Shown here: positions 56,207-62,529 of the stretch, one piece after another
How the letters are laid out: every line of letters starts with the position of its first letter
How positions within the stretch are numbered: position 1 is the stretch's first letter
DNA from: Gemmatimonadales bacterium
Lineage (GTDB): Bacteria > Gemmatimonadota > Gemmatimonadetes > Gemmatimonadales > GWC2-71-9
NCBI GenBank assembly: GCA_036279355.1
Contig: DASUJH010000020.1
Span: 135,902 to 199,901, forward strand
DNA: 64,000 nt
Direction: 5' to 3'
Notes under the pieces: generated by a model
Databases searched by the model: none
Told to the model about the DNA's origin: nothing
Seen by the model: only the letters and a program-made list of their open reading frames with translations
Position numbers and translations under genes: made by a program

Positions 56207-57162
56207 AGGCGCTCCTTGAGATTCTCGATCCCGCTTCCGGTGGCGCTGGAGATGGCGAGCGCTCCCGATGCATCCGGTGCCGCAATCTCCGGCAGTGGCG
56301 CGCCACCCGGCAGCAGATCCCGCTTGGTGAGCACCACGAGATGCGGTCGCTCGGCGAGCGCCACGCCGTATTGCTCGATCTCGCGCCGGAGTCGGCTGTA
56401 TGCGTCCTGCGGGTCAGGGCTGTCGAGCGGCAGGAGAAAGGCGAGCACCCGCGTGCGCTCGACGTGCTGCAGAAAGCGGAGCCCGAGGCCCTTGCCCTCG
56501 TGCGCGCCTTCAACGATGCCCGGAATGTCCGCCACGACAAACGTGCGATGGTCCGGGAGCGCCGCGACGCCAAGGTTCGGCTCGAGCGTGGTGAACGGGT
56601 AGTCGGCAATCTTGGGCCGCGCGGCTGAAAGGACGGAAAGCAAGGTGCTCTTCCCGGCGTTCGGCTCCCCGACCAAGCCGACGTCGGCGATGAGCTTGAG
56701 CACCAGTTCGATCTCGCGGTCTTCACCTTCTTCGCCCGGCTCCCATTCGCGCGGCGCCTGGTGCGTGGGCGTGGCGAACCTGGCGTTGCCGCGCCCGCCG
56801 CGGCCGCCGCGGGCCACGAGCAGCCGGTCGCCCGCCCGGAGCACTTCGCCGAGGAGCACCCCGTCATCCGCCCGGTGCACCTCGGTGCCCGGCGGCACCG
56901 GCAATTCGACGTCCGGCGCGGAGCGCCCCGTCTGCGTCTTGCCCTTGCCGTGCTCGCCCCGCTCGGCGCGCCAGATCGTTCGATAGCGGTAGTCGAGCAG
57001 CGTCGTAAGATTGGCATCGCCCCGCACCCAAACGCTCCCGCCTCGGCCGCCGTCGCCGCCGTCGGGTCCGCCCTTCGGCTTGTACTTGAAACGCGCGAAC
57101 GAGCTTGCCCCCGAGCCTCCCGCCCCCCCGACCACCCGCACCACCGCACGATCGGCGAACAC
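56128..57162 (-). CDS. obg: GTPase Obg/CgtA
   Basis: From GTG 57162 the protein reads VFADRAVVRVVGGAGGSGASSFARFKYKPKGGPDGGDGGRGGSVWV. The G1 motif is GEPNAGKSTLLS. The GTG overlaps the upstream TAG by 1 nt. Confidence 0.92.
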   Translation of the reverse strand: MFADRAVVRVVGGAGGSGASSFARFKYKPKGGPDGGDGGRGGSVWVRGDANLTTLLDYRYRTIWRAERGEHGKGKTQTGRSAPDVELPVPPGTEVHRADDGVLLGEVLRAGDRLLVARGGRGGRGNARFATPTHQAPREWEPGEEGEDREIELVLKLIADVGLVGEPNAGKSTLLSVLSAARPKIADYPFTTLEPNLGVAALPDHRTFVVADIPGIVEGAHEGKGLGLRFLQHVERTRVLAFLLPLDSPDPQDAYSRLRREIEQYGVALAERPHLVVLTKRDLLPGGAPLPEIAAPDASGALAISSATGSGIENLKERLWSFVSEARTAESGTETSAPPTSPLL

Positions 57163-57803
57163 TATTGGCCCGGCCCCCAGCCTTCCCGCACCGTTTGCCA
57201 GAGCTGCTTCACCTTCTTCCACTGGTCGAACGAGAGCAGCGGGTTCACGATCGAAAGCGCGCCCTCGATCTGGCCGAAGGTGGCGCCGGCATTGAGCGCG
57301 CCGCGGAGATGCGAGTGCAATTGGCGGGGAGTCTCGAGCACCGCCGTTTGCGCTACCGTGCAGAGCTCCCGCCGCATGGGATCGAGTCCGGGACGCGAAA
57401 GCGTGCGGCCGTATCCCTCGACGATCATCCACTGATCGAGCGCCGGGTGGAGCGCCCGCACGCTGTCCCGGAGCTTGCGGTAATTCTCACCGTACACGAC
57501 CGCGCAGCTCTCCTCGCCGCGGCGGCGCCAATCCGCAACATCGCCGTACTCCGATGACGCGTCCTCCGCCGGCACCGGCGCGCCGCCGAGCTTGCGCCAG
57601 ATCGTGAACGCAACGAGCGCGCGCGGGTAGCCGCACATGAGCACCGACTGCAGCAGCAGCTCCTCGACCCACGGCGCCGGCACCTGCGCTGTCCGCAGCG
57701 CACCGATCCGCTCGCGCAGCTCCGGCTCGTACCCCTGCGCGACGGCGGCGGCGAACTGCACCAGGGCGCGGGTTCCAGGATCGAGGCTGTCCTGTTTCGC
57801 CAT
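57162..57803 (-). CDS. Carboxymuconolactone decarboxylase (AhpD-like) family protein
   Basis: From ATG 57803 the protein reads MAKQDSLDPGTRALVQFAAAVAQGYEPELRERIGALRTAQVPAPWVEELLLQSVLMCGYPRALVAF, a typical CMD repeat. A second repeat follows. Confidence 0.7.
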   Translation of the reverse strand: MAKQDSLDPGTRALVQFAAAVAQGYEPELRERIGALRTAQVPAPWVEELLLQSVLMCGYPRALVAFTIWRKLGGAPVPAEDASSEYGDVADWRRRGEESCAVVYGENYRKLRDSVRALHPALDQWMIVEGYGRTLSRPGLDPMRRELCTVAQTAVLETPRQLHSHLRGALNAGATFGQIEGALSIVNPLLSFDQWKKVKQLWQTVREGWGPGQ

Positions 57804-57822
57804 GCAAGCTACTCCGCGGAAG

Positions 57823-58866
57823 TCACCGGGCCGTACCCCTCGCACGCGGTGCCACGCCCGAAAAACGCAATCCGCCGACCGCGCGGAGCACGCCGACGGC
57901 TGCGCCGCGCGTGTTGAGAATTGCCGGACCGGCATGCCCCCCGAGCCCGGCGGGCAGCGGAGCCTGATCGGCTTCCGCGGCTGGCCCGTGTCCGAGCAGC
58001 TCGCGCAGCACGGCAATGAGCGCCACCGGCGCAGCGCTGCCGTCGCCGTCTTCCACCTTGAGCGCGAGGCCAAGGCCGAGTCCGGGGAGCGCGGCGCCGT
58101 AGACACCGTCGGCACCCGCCTTGGCGAGCACCTCGCCCGGCCACGCGCGCATCACGTCGGTACAGGGCCGCCCCGAGCCCGCGACCACGTCGGGATGGGC
58201 CAGCATTGCGGCGCGCACCCGCGCGGCCGCACCGTCGCGCGCCGCACCGAGCCGCGCGTACGCCGTCGCCATGGCGCGAAGCGGCAGGGCAAACGAGATC
58301 GCCGTGCAGCCGTCCACGCCGAGCCCGATGCATGCCTGGGCGACATCGGTCCAGCACGATACTGAGGCGAGGATCCGCCGTTGAGCCGGATGCCCGACGC
58401 CGGTGTATCCGGCCGAAGGCCACCCATGGTGGCGGCACAGCGCAAGCATGCCTGCGTGCTTGCCCGAGCAGTTGTTCCAGCGCGGCGTCATCGCAATGCC
58501 CTCGCGTGCCACCCGATCGGCCACCGCGGGTGAGAGCGGCACGTGGGGACCGCAGGCCAGCTCCTCCTCCCCCACGGCAATGCGCGCGAGCAATCGTTCG
58601 GCGAGAGCGAGGTGCAGCGGTTCGCTCGAGTGTGACGCGCAGCAGAGCGCCAGTTCATCGTCGGGTATGTCGAACCGGTCCGCTGCACCGTCGGCCACGA
58701 GCGGCATCGCCTGGAACGGCTTCGCGGCCGAGCGCCAGAAGGTCACAAGCGCGGGGTTGCCGGTCGCGGCGACCGTCCGCCCCTGCCCATCGACGACGGC
58801 GGCCGACACCCGATGGACCGATTCGACCAGGTCGCCGCGCGTGGACTCGATCCGGAGACCGGACAT
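57823..58866 (-). CDS. Asparaginase II family protein (PF06089-like)
   Basis: GDLVESVHRVSAAVVD, CCASHSSEPLH and NNCSGKHAGMLALC blocks are present, as I remember them for this family. Confidence 0.75.
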   Translation of the reverse strand: MSGLRIESTRGDLVESVHRVSAAVVDGQGRTVAATGNPALVTFWRSAAKPFQAMPLVADGAADRFDIPDDELALCCASHSSEPLHLALAERLLARIAVGEEELACGPHVPLSPAVADRVAREGIAMTPRWNNCSGKHAGMLALCRHHGWPSAGYTGVGHPAQRRILASVSCWTDVAQACIGLGVDGCTAISFALPLRAMATAYARLGAARDGAAARVRAAMLAHPDVVAGSGRPCTDVMRAWPGEVLAKAGADGVYGAALPGLGLGLALKVEDGDGSAAPVALIAVLRELLGHGPAAEADQAPLPAGLGGHAGPAILNTRGAAVGVLRAVGGLRFSGVAPRARGTAR

Positions 58867-58872
58867 GCGCGC

Positions 58873-58878
58873 AATATA
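58873..58878 (-). promoter_or_regulatory. Candidate -10 element (TATATT) placed for a leaderless asparaginase transcript
   Basis: The minus strand reads TATATT-GCGCGC-ATG, with 6 nt between the hexamer and the start codon and no Shine-Dalgarno sequence. It overlaps TATACT on the plus strand (58875-58880), which faces the divergent gene. Confidence 0.3.
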
Positions 58879-58905
58879 CTCGGGGGTTGGTTAGCTTATC
58901 GGGCG

Positions 58906-60468
58906 ATGCCCTTACACATGAGAGCGCGGTTCCGCGCGACGCCCGTCGCGCGAGCCGCTGTGTGCGCGCTCGCGTGCGTCATCGGGTGCGCCGCGACCCG
59001 TCCGGCGGCCGCCCAGGCGTCTCCCTATCTGCCCCTCGACGATTCGCGCGTGCCGCTGCTCGAGCACCTGATCACCCGCGGCGACGTCGACGACCCGTCC
59101 CCCATGCTGCGCCCGTTCCGCTTCGCCGACGCGGCCCGTGTGCTCGCCGCGGCCGACACCGCGCCCGCCACCGGCACCGGCGCCGAGATTCACCGGCTGC
59201 GCCTCGCCTTCACCGAAGACACGGCCCCATCGCGGTGGGAGGCGGAAGTGAGTGCCGGAGGGCAGGCGTTCACGCAGCGGCGGCGCGACGTCTTTCACCT
59301 GGGCGGGAACGGCGGGGTGGAACCGTACGGAGAGATCGGAGCGCGCGGCGCGATCGGACCGGTCGCCTACGCCTCACGCGTTGCCGTCGAGCCGCGGCTA
59401 TTTGGCGATCCGGATTGGCCCAACGGCCCGCGCCCCGGGCGCGAGCACGAGCACGTCGTTGCCCGGCTTGCCGACGGATACCTGTCCGCGCAGTTCAAGT
59501 TCGGGTCGCTCGAGTATGGGCAACTGCTTCGGAATTGGGGGCCGGTCGGGCTACCCGGCATCTCGCTCAGCGACTATGGCTACCAGCGCCAGGGCCTGGC
59601 GCTCCACCTCGGTGCCGGCCCGGTGCGGCTCGACGCCATAGCGTCCGACCTCCGCAGCGGGCTCGACAGCACGGGCTCGGTGATCAACCGCTATCTCATC
59701 GTCCACCGCCTGGAGGGGCGGCTAACCCACAAATTCCGGCTCGCGCTCTGGGAGGCGATCATCATCGCCGGCCGAGGCCGAGTGCTGGAGACGCCGTTCG
59801 CCAATCCACTCTCGCCCAGCGTCCTGGCGAACACGTTTGGCATCGACGACTTGAACAGCAACGACATGATCGGTGCCGATCTGCACTGGCGTGCCGACCG
59901 GCGCCTGACGATCGAGGCGCAGCTCGCGCTCGACGACTTTCAGTTCAACAACCGCAATCTCACGCCCGACCGATGGGCATTCACCGTGGGCGCCTCCGGC
60001 CCACTGGGCGGCCGGCTGGCCTGGCGCGCCCTTTATACCCAGGTCTCGAGCCTGGCGCTCCGCACCGCCGACTCGACCGAGAATTTCACCGATGCCGGCG
60101 TTGGCACCGGTCGGACGTTCACCGACCTGGATCTCGCCCTCGTCTCGGTGAGTGTGCCGGTGGCGGGCAGCTTCCTCGTTTCGCCAGAGCTGGCACTGCT
60201 ACGCCAGGGTGAGGGGCGCATCAACGATCCCTTTCCCGCGCGGAACGCCGCCGGTGAGGTGACCGTCCCCGGGCTTTTCATCGGCACCGTCGCGCACACC
60301 TATCGGGCCGGGCTCCGCGTCTCCGGGCGCCGCGGCCCCTTCGACCTCGCCGCCGATGCCGGCCTCAACCACGTCACCAACGACCAGAATCAGCCCGGCG
60401 TCACCGCGAACCGGTTCGTGGCGCACGTGCAGGCGACGCTGGCCTGGCGACGGCGAGGACGGTTCTAG
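58906..60468 (+). CDS. Outer-membrane protein, capsule-assembly Wzi-like
   Basis: It starts at ATG 58906, with signal peptide ...AAVCALACVIGCAATRPAAAQA. The N-terminal SPYLPLDDSRVPLLEHLITRGDV...RPFRFADAARVL resembles the Wzi family N-terminus, and the C-terminal residue is F. The family call is from memory and is not searched. Confidence 0.55.
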   Translation: MPLHMRARFRATPVARAAVCALACVIGCAATRPAAAQASPYLPLDDSRVPLLEHLITRGDVDDPSPMLRPFRFADAARVLAAADTAPATGTGAEIHRLRLAFTEDTAPSRWEAEVSAGGQAFTQRRRDVFHLGGNGGVEPYGEIGARGAIGPVAYASRVAVEPRLFGDPDWPNGPRPGREHEHVVARLADGYLSAQFKFGSLEYGQLLRNWGPVGLPGISLSDYGYQRQGLALHLGAGPVRLDAIASDLRSGLDSTGSVINRYLIVHRLEGRLTHKFRLALWEAIIIAGRGRVLETPFANPLSPSVLANTFGIDDLNSNDMIGADLHWRADRRLTIEAQLALDDFQFNNRNLTPDRWAFTVGASGPLGGRLAWRALYTQVSSLALRTADSTENFTDAGVGTGRTFTDLDLALVSVSVPVAGSFLVSPELALLRQGEGRINDPFPARNAAGEVTVPGLFIGTVAHTYRAGLRVSGRRGPFDLAADAGLNHVTNDQNQPGVTANRFVAHVQATLAWRRRGRF

Positions 60469-60946
60469 CCGAGACATCCCTCGGCGCATTCGGGCAACCC
60501 GCGGCGGCCGCCGCGAGCAGCCTCCCGTCCCGGCTCGCGCGCTCGAGCGCATGATCCACCGAGTAGCACGCGGTGCCTTCATGGCGCTGGTCGTCCACAC
60601 CGATTGCGGCGCACGGCGCCCCTTCCTGCCAGTTCACGCCCGGAAATGGCCCGAGCACGCCGATATCGGTGCAGCAGCTTCGGGCGTAACCGGTCGTGTC
60701 CATCGGCCCGATCGTGAGCGGGCTGGGCGCTCCGTAGCACGCGCCGCCGACGTGCCGTACGCCCGCCGTGTCGACCGCGGAACAGCGCTCACCGGCCGTG
60801 ACCATGCCGTTGTAGAAGGGGCCGAACCGGCCGGCGGGGGTGCAGCAATATTGAGGATAGCCTGTCTGAGTGTAGGCCGGCGCTTGGGCGTTGAGAGCGA
60901 CCGGCGTCGCGAGTAGGAGCGAAAGGGGAAGGAAGGCGTAGCGCAT
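60401..60946 (-). CDS. Secreted Cys-rich protein with an internal tandem duplication (unknown family)
   Basis: TTGGAGGTGCC lies directly upstream of the ATG at 60946. The signal peptide is MRYAFLPLSLLLATPVALNAQA. Two repeats of about 45 aa follow the pattern TGYxxxCCTxxGxxGPF...C.A......H.G.ACY. The 3' tail is Ala/Arg/Pro-rich and overlaps the convergent gene by 68 nt. Confidence 0.65.
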   Translation of the reverse strand: MRYAFLPLSLLLATPVALNAQAPAYTQTGYPQYCCTPAGRFGPFYNGMVTAGERCSAVDTAGVRHVGGACYGAPSPLTIGPMDTTGYARSCCTDIGVLGPFPGVNWQEGAPCAAIGVDDQRHEGTACYSVDHALERASRDGRLLAAAAAGCPNAPRDVSARTVLAVARPASPARAPRTGSR

Positions 60947-60978
60947 GGCACCTCCAACGCAGGTGGCACAACGACGTA

Positions 60979-60996
60979 GCCCCGCTATCGCGGGGC
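60979..60996 (-). terminator. Hairpin downstream of tRNA-Val, in the 5' region of the Cys-rich gene
   Basis: GCCCCGC-GATA-GCGGGGC (minus strand) forms a 7-bp stem. The following sequence, TACGTCGTTGTG, is only weakly U-rich, so terminator function is uncertain. Confidence 0.3.
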
Positions 60997-61022
60997 GACG
61001 GCGGGGCCAGCGTGGCGTGACA

Positions 61023-61096
61023 TGGGCGATGAGGGGCTCGAACCCCCGACCTCGCGCATGTGAGGCGCGCGCTCTAACCAGCTGAGCTAATCGCCC
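61023..61096 (-). tRNA. tRNA-Val (anticodon CAC)
   Basis: The reverse complement is GGGCGATTAGCTCAGCTGGTTAGAGCGCGCGCCTCACATGCGCGAGGTCGGGGGTTCGAGCCCCTCATCGCCCA. It folds as a cloverleaf, the anticodon loop is CT-CAC-AT, and the T-loop is GTTCGAG. Confidence 0.9.
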
Positions 61097-61197
61097 GAAG
61101 CGAGGAGGCGGCATAGTAACGAGCGGCCGGGAGGCGGGCAAGGCCGACCACGCGGAAACCTTGGTGATGAGGGCTGTTGCCGGCGATCCACATCTGC

Positions 61198-61234
61198 CGA
61201 TGCATTGAAGCCCATGTGCTGTGTGGCGATGCAT
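61198..61234. repeat. Two copies of CGATGCAT (palindromic core ATGCAT) spaced 29 bp apart
   Basis: The copies are at 61198-61205 and 61227-61234, roughly 90-125 bp upstream of the sigma-54-like element. They are a possible enhancer-binding-protein site. Confidence 0.3.
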
Positions 61235-61322
61235 GCTTTTGCGCGCTCGGCGCGCCCGGATAATTCATATAAACGTCTCAGCGATAGCCACTTAGTAATC
61301 CGGGCGACAGCGCGTCCGAGGC

Positions 61323-61338
61323 TGGCCTGTGAGTTGCT
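61323..61338 (+). promoter_or_regulatory. Candidate sigma-54 (-24/-12) promoter
   Basis: The sequence is TGGCCT-GTGAG-TTGCT, with GG-N10-GC spacing, about 45 nt upstream of ATG 61382. GAGGAAG sits between the element and the ATG as a ribosome-binding site. Confidence 0.45.
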
Positions 61339-61381
61339 TCCAAGCCGCCCGCCGGTCCCGTCCCTCACAGAGGAAGTGTCT

Positions 61382-61987
61382 ATGCGAAGCTGGTCTACTG
61401 TCGGAGCGGTCGCCCTGGCCCTCGCGCTTGGCGCGGGGAGCGCGGCCGCGGAAACGGTGCCCATCGGCGGCTCAGGTGCCACCCCGGGGGATTGGCTTTC
61501 GGCCTACACGGCCAGCACCCATCTCGGGTCCCTCGGCACCAGCAACGCGCTCTTCAAGCTCGCGGTCCAGGGAAGCGAGACCAGTCGCGACGCCCGCGAT
61601 GGTGAGGAGCAGTCGGACTCGAGCAAGAGCAAGCTCGGGACCTACGCCATCATTGGCGGCAGTGCCGTCGGCCTCGGCGTCTTCATCGCGGCGGTGTCAG
61701 GTGGGTCGGGCGATGCGCTCTCGACTCCGACCAACACGGGCAACAACCCGCCCCCGGGTGACCTGAATCCTCCGGGTGGCACCACCGGCGGAACCAACGG
61801 GAACACCGGCGGGATCACCGACCCTCCGTCGGGTGACAATGGCAATCCTGGCGGTGAGTGGACCGACGACAACGGTCCGACCACCGTCACTCCGGAGCCG
61901 GCCTCGATGGCGCTGCTCGCAACCGGCCTCGCCGGAATGGGCGGGATTCAGCTCCGCCGCAACCGGAAGCGGACGCTCGACAAGTAG
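61382..61987 (+). CDS. PEP-CTERM sorting-domain protein (putative exosortase substrate)
   Basis: The signal peptide is MRSWSTVGAVALALALGAGSAAA. A G/N/P/T-rich linker follows. The C-terminus is VTPEPASMALLATGLAGMGGIQLRRNRKR, which is PEP plus a TM helix plus a basic tail. Confidence 0.85.
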   Translation: MRSWSTVGAVALALALGAGSAAAETVPIGGSGATPGDWLSAYTASTHLGSLGTSNALFKLAVQGSETSRDARDGEEQSDSSKSKLGTYAIIGGSAVGLGVFIAAVSGGSGDALSTPTNTGNNPPPGDLNPPGGTTGGTNGNTGGITDPPSGDNGNPGGEWTDDNGPTTVTPEPASMALLATGLAGMGGIQLRRNRKRTLDK

Positions 61988-62013
61988 GTTCGCGCAGTTT
62001 GGATGGACGGGAG

Positions 62014-62044
62014 ACGCGCCCTCCGCGAGGGGGGCGCGTTTGTT
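62014..62044 (+). terminator. Rho-independent terminator after the PEP-CTERM gene
   Basis: ACGCGCCC-TCCGCGAGGG-GGGCGCGT is followed by TTTGTT. Confidence 0.7.
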
Positions 62045-62070
62045 ATGACTGCCCGACGGAGTGCCGGGGA

Positions 62071-62144
62071 TGGGCCCTCCAGGATTCGAACCTGGGACCG
62101 ACGGATTATGAGTCCGCTGCTCTAACCACCTGAGCTAAGGGCCC
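62071..62144 (-). tRNA. tRNA with anticodon CAT; elongator type, most like lysidine-dependent tRNA-Ile2 (alternatively tRNA-Met)
   Basis: The reverse complement is GGGCCCTTAGCTCAGGTGGTTAGAGCAGCGGACTCATAATCCGTCGGTCCCAGGTTCGAATCCTGGAGGGCCCA. Positions 1-72 pair as G-C, so it is not an initiator. C4-G69 and C5-G68 are present, and it closely resembles E. coli ileX as I remember it. Confidence 0.85.
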
Positions 62145-62213
62145 GAAACTGCGACCGAATCAAAACAGGATCGCTTCGATTTGTCCCGGCGCCCCGGCGC
62201 TGCCTACTCCGCC

Positions 62214-62483
62214 TCACCGCCCCTCCAGGTCCCGCTCGCCGATCACATGCCGGCTGTCGCGGCCCTGTCCAGGATGGAGTCGCGCGTCGTAAAACCGCTC
62301 GCCCTTGAGTCTCAGCTCCACGATCAGTGCCTCGAACTCGCGCGGCGCCATCTCGCCCGCCAGACTCGGCACGAGGCCCTTGAGCAGCGTCAGCCGGTCG
62401 GCCACCGGCAGGGCGTTAGTCTCGTTCACCAACCGGCGGAGGGCGGGGTGGTCCAGTTCGTCGGTTTCGCGGCTCGTCGTCAT
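62214..62483 (-). CDS. Hypothetical small protein (89 aa, predicted helical)
   Basis: It starts at ATG 62483, preceded by GGAGA. The protein reads MTTSRETDELDHPALRRLVNETNALPVADRLTLLKGLVPSLAGEMAPREFEALIVELRLKGERFYD.... I recognise no family. Confidence 0.5.
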   Translation of the reverse strand: MTTSRETDELDHPALRRLVNETNALPVADRLTLLKGLVPSLAGEMAPREFEALIVELRLKGERFYDARLHPGQGRDSRHVIGERDLEGR

Positions 62484-62529
62484 GATGCTGTGGTCTCCGG
62501 AAGCAATGGGCGAGCGATCCAGCCTGGAT

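Noticed and set aside
60947-61022. A possible sigma-54 element, TGGCCC-CGCCG-TCGCC, on the minus strand upstream of the Cys-rich gene.
   Set aside because: The -12 region is TCGC rather than TTGC, and the whole segment is generic GC-rich sequence. The match is no better than chance.
60947-61234. The ORF 60401..61234 (and 61074..61268, 61087..61482) reading through tRNA-Val.
   Set aside because: The tRNA-Val gene occupies 61023-61096. The Cys-rich protein has a signal peptide and a GGAGG site at the internal ATG 60946.
62145-62213. A candidate promoter for the CAT-anticodon tRNA (GGGACA-N17-TTTGAT on the minus strand).
   Set aside because: Both hexamers match the consensus poorly, and there is no supporting feature. 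I did not list it as a feature.
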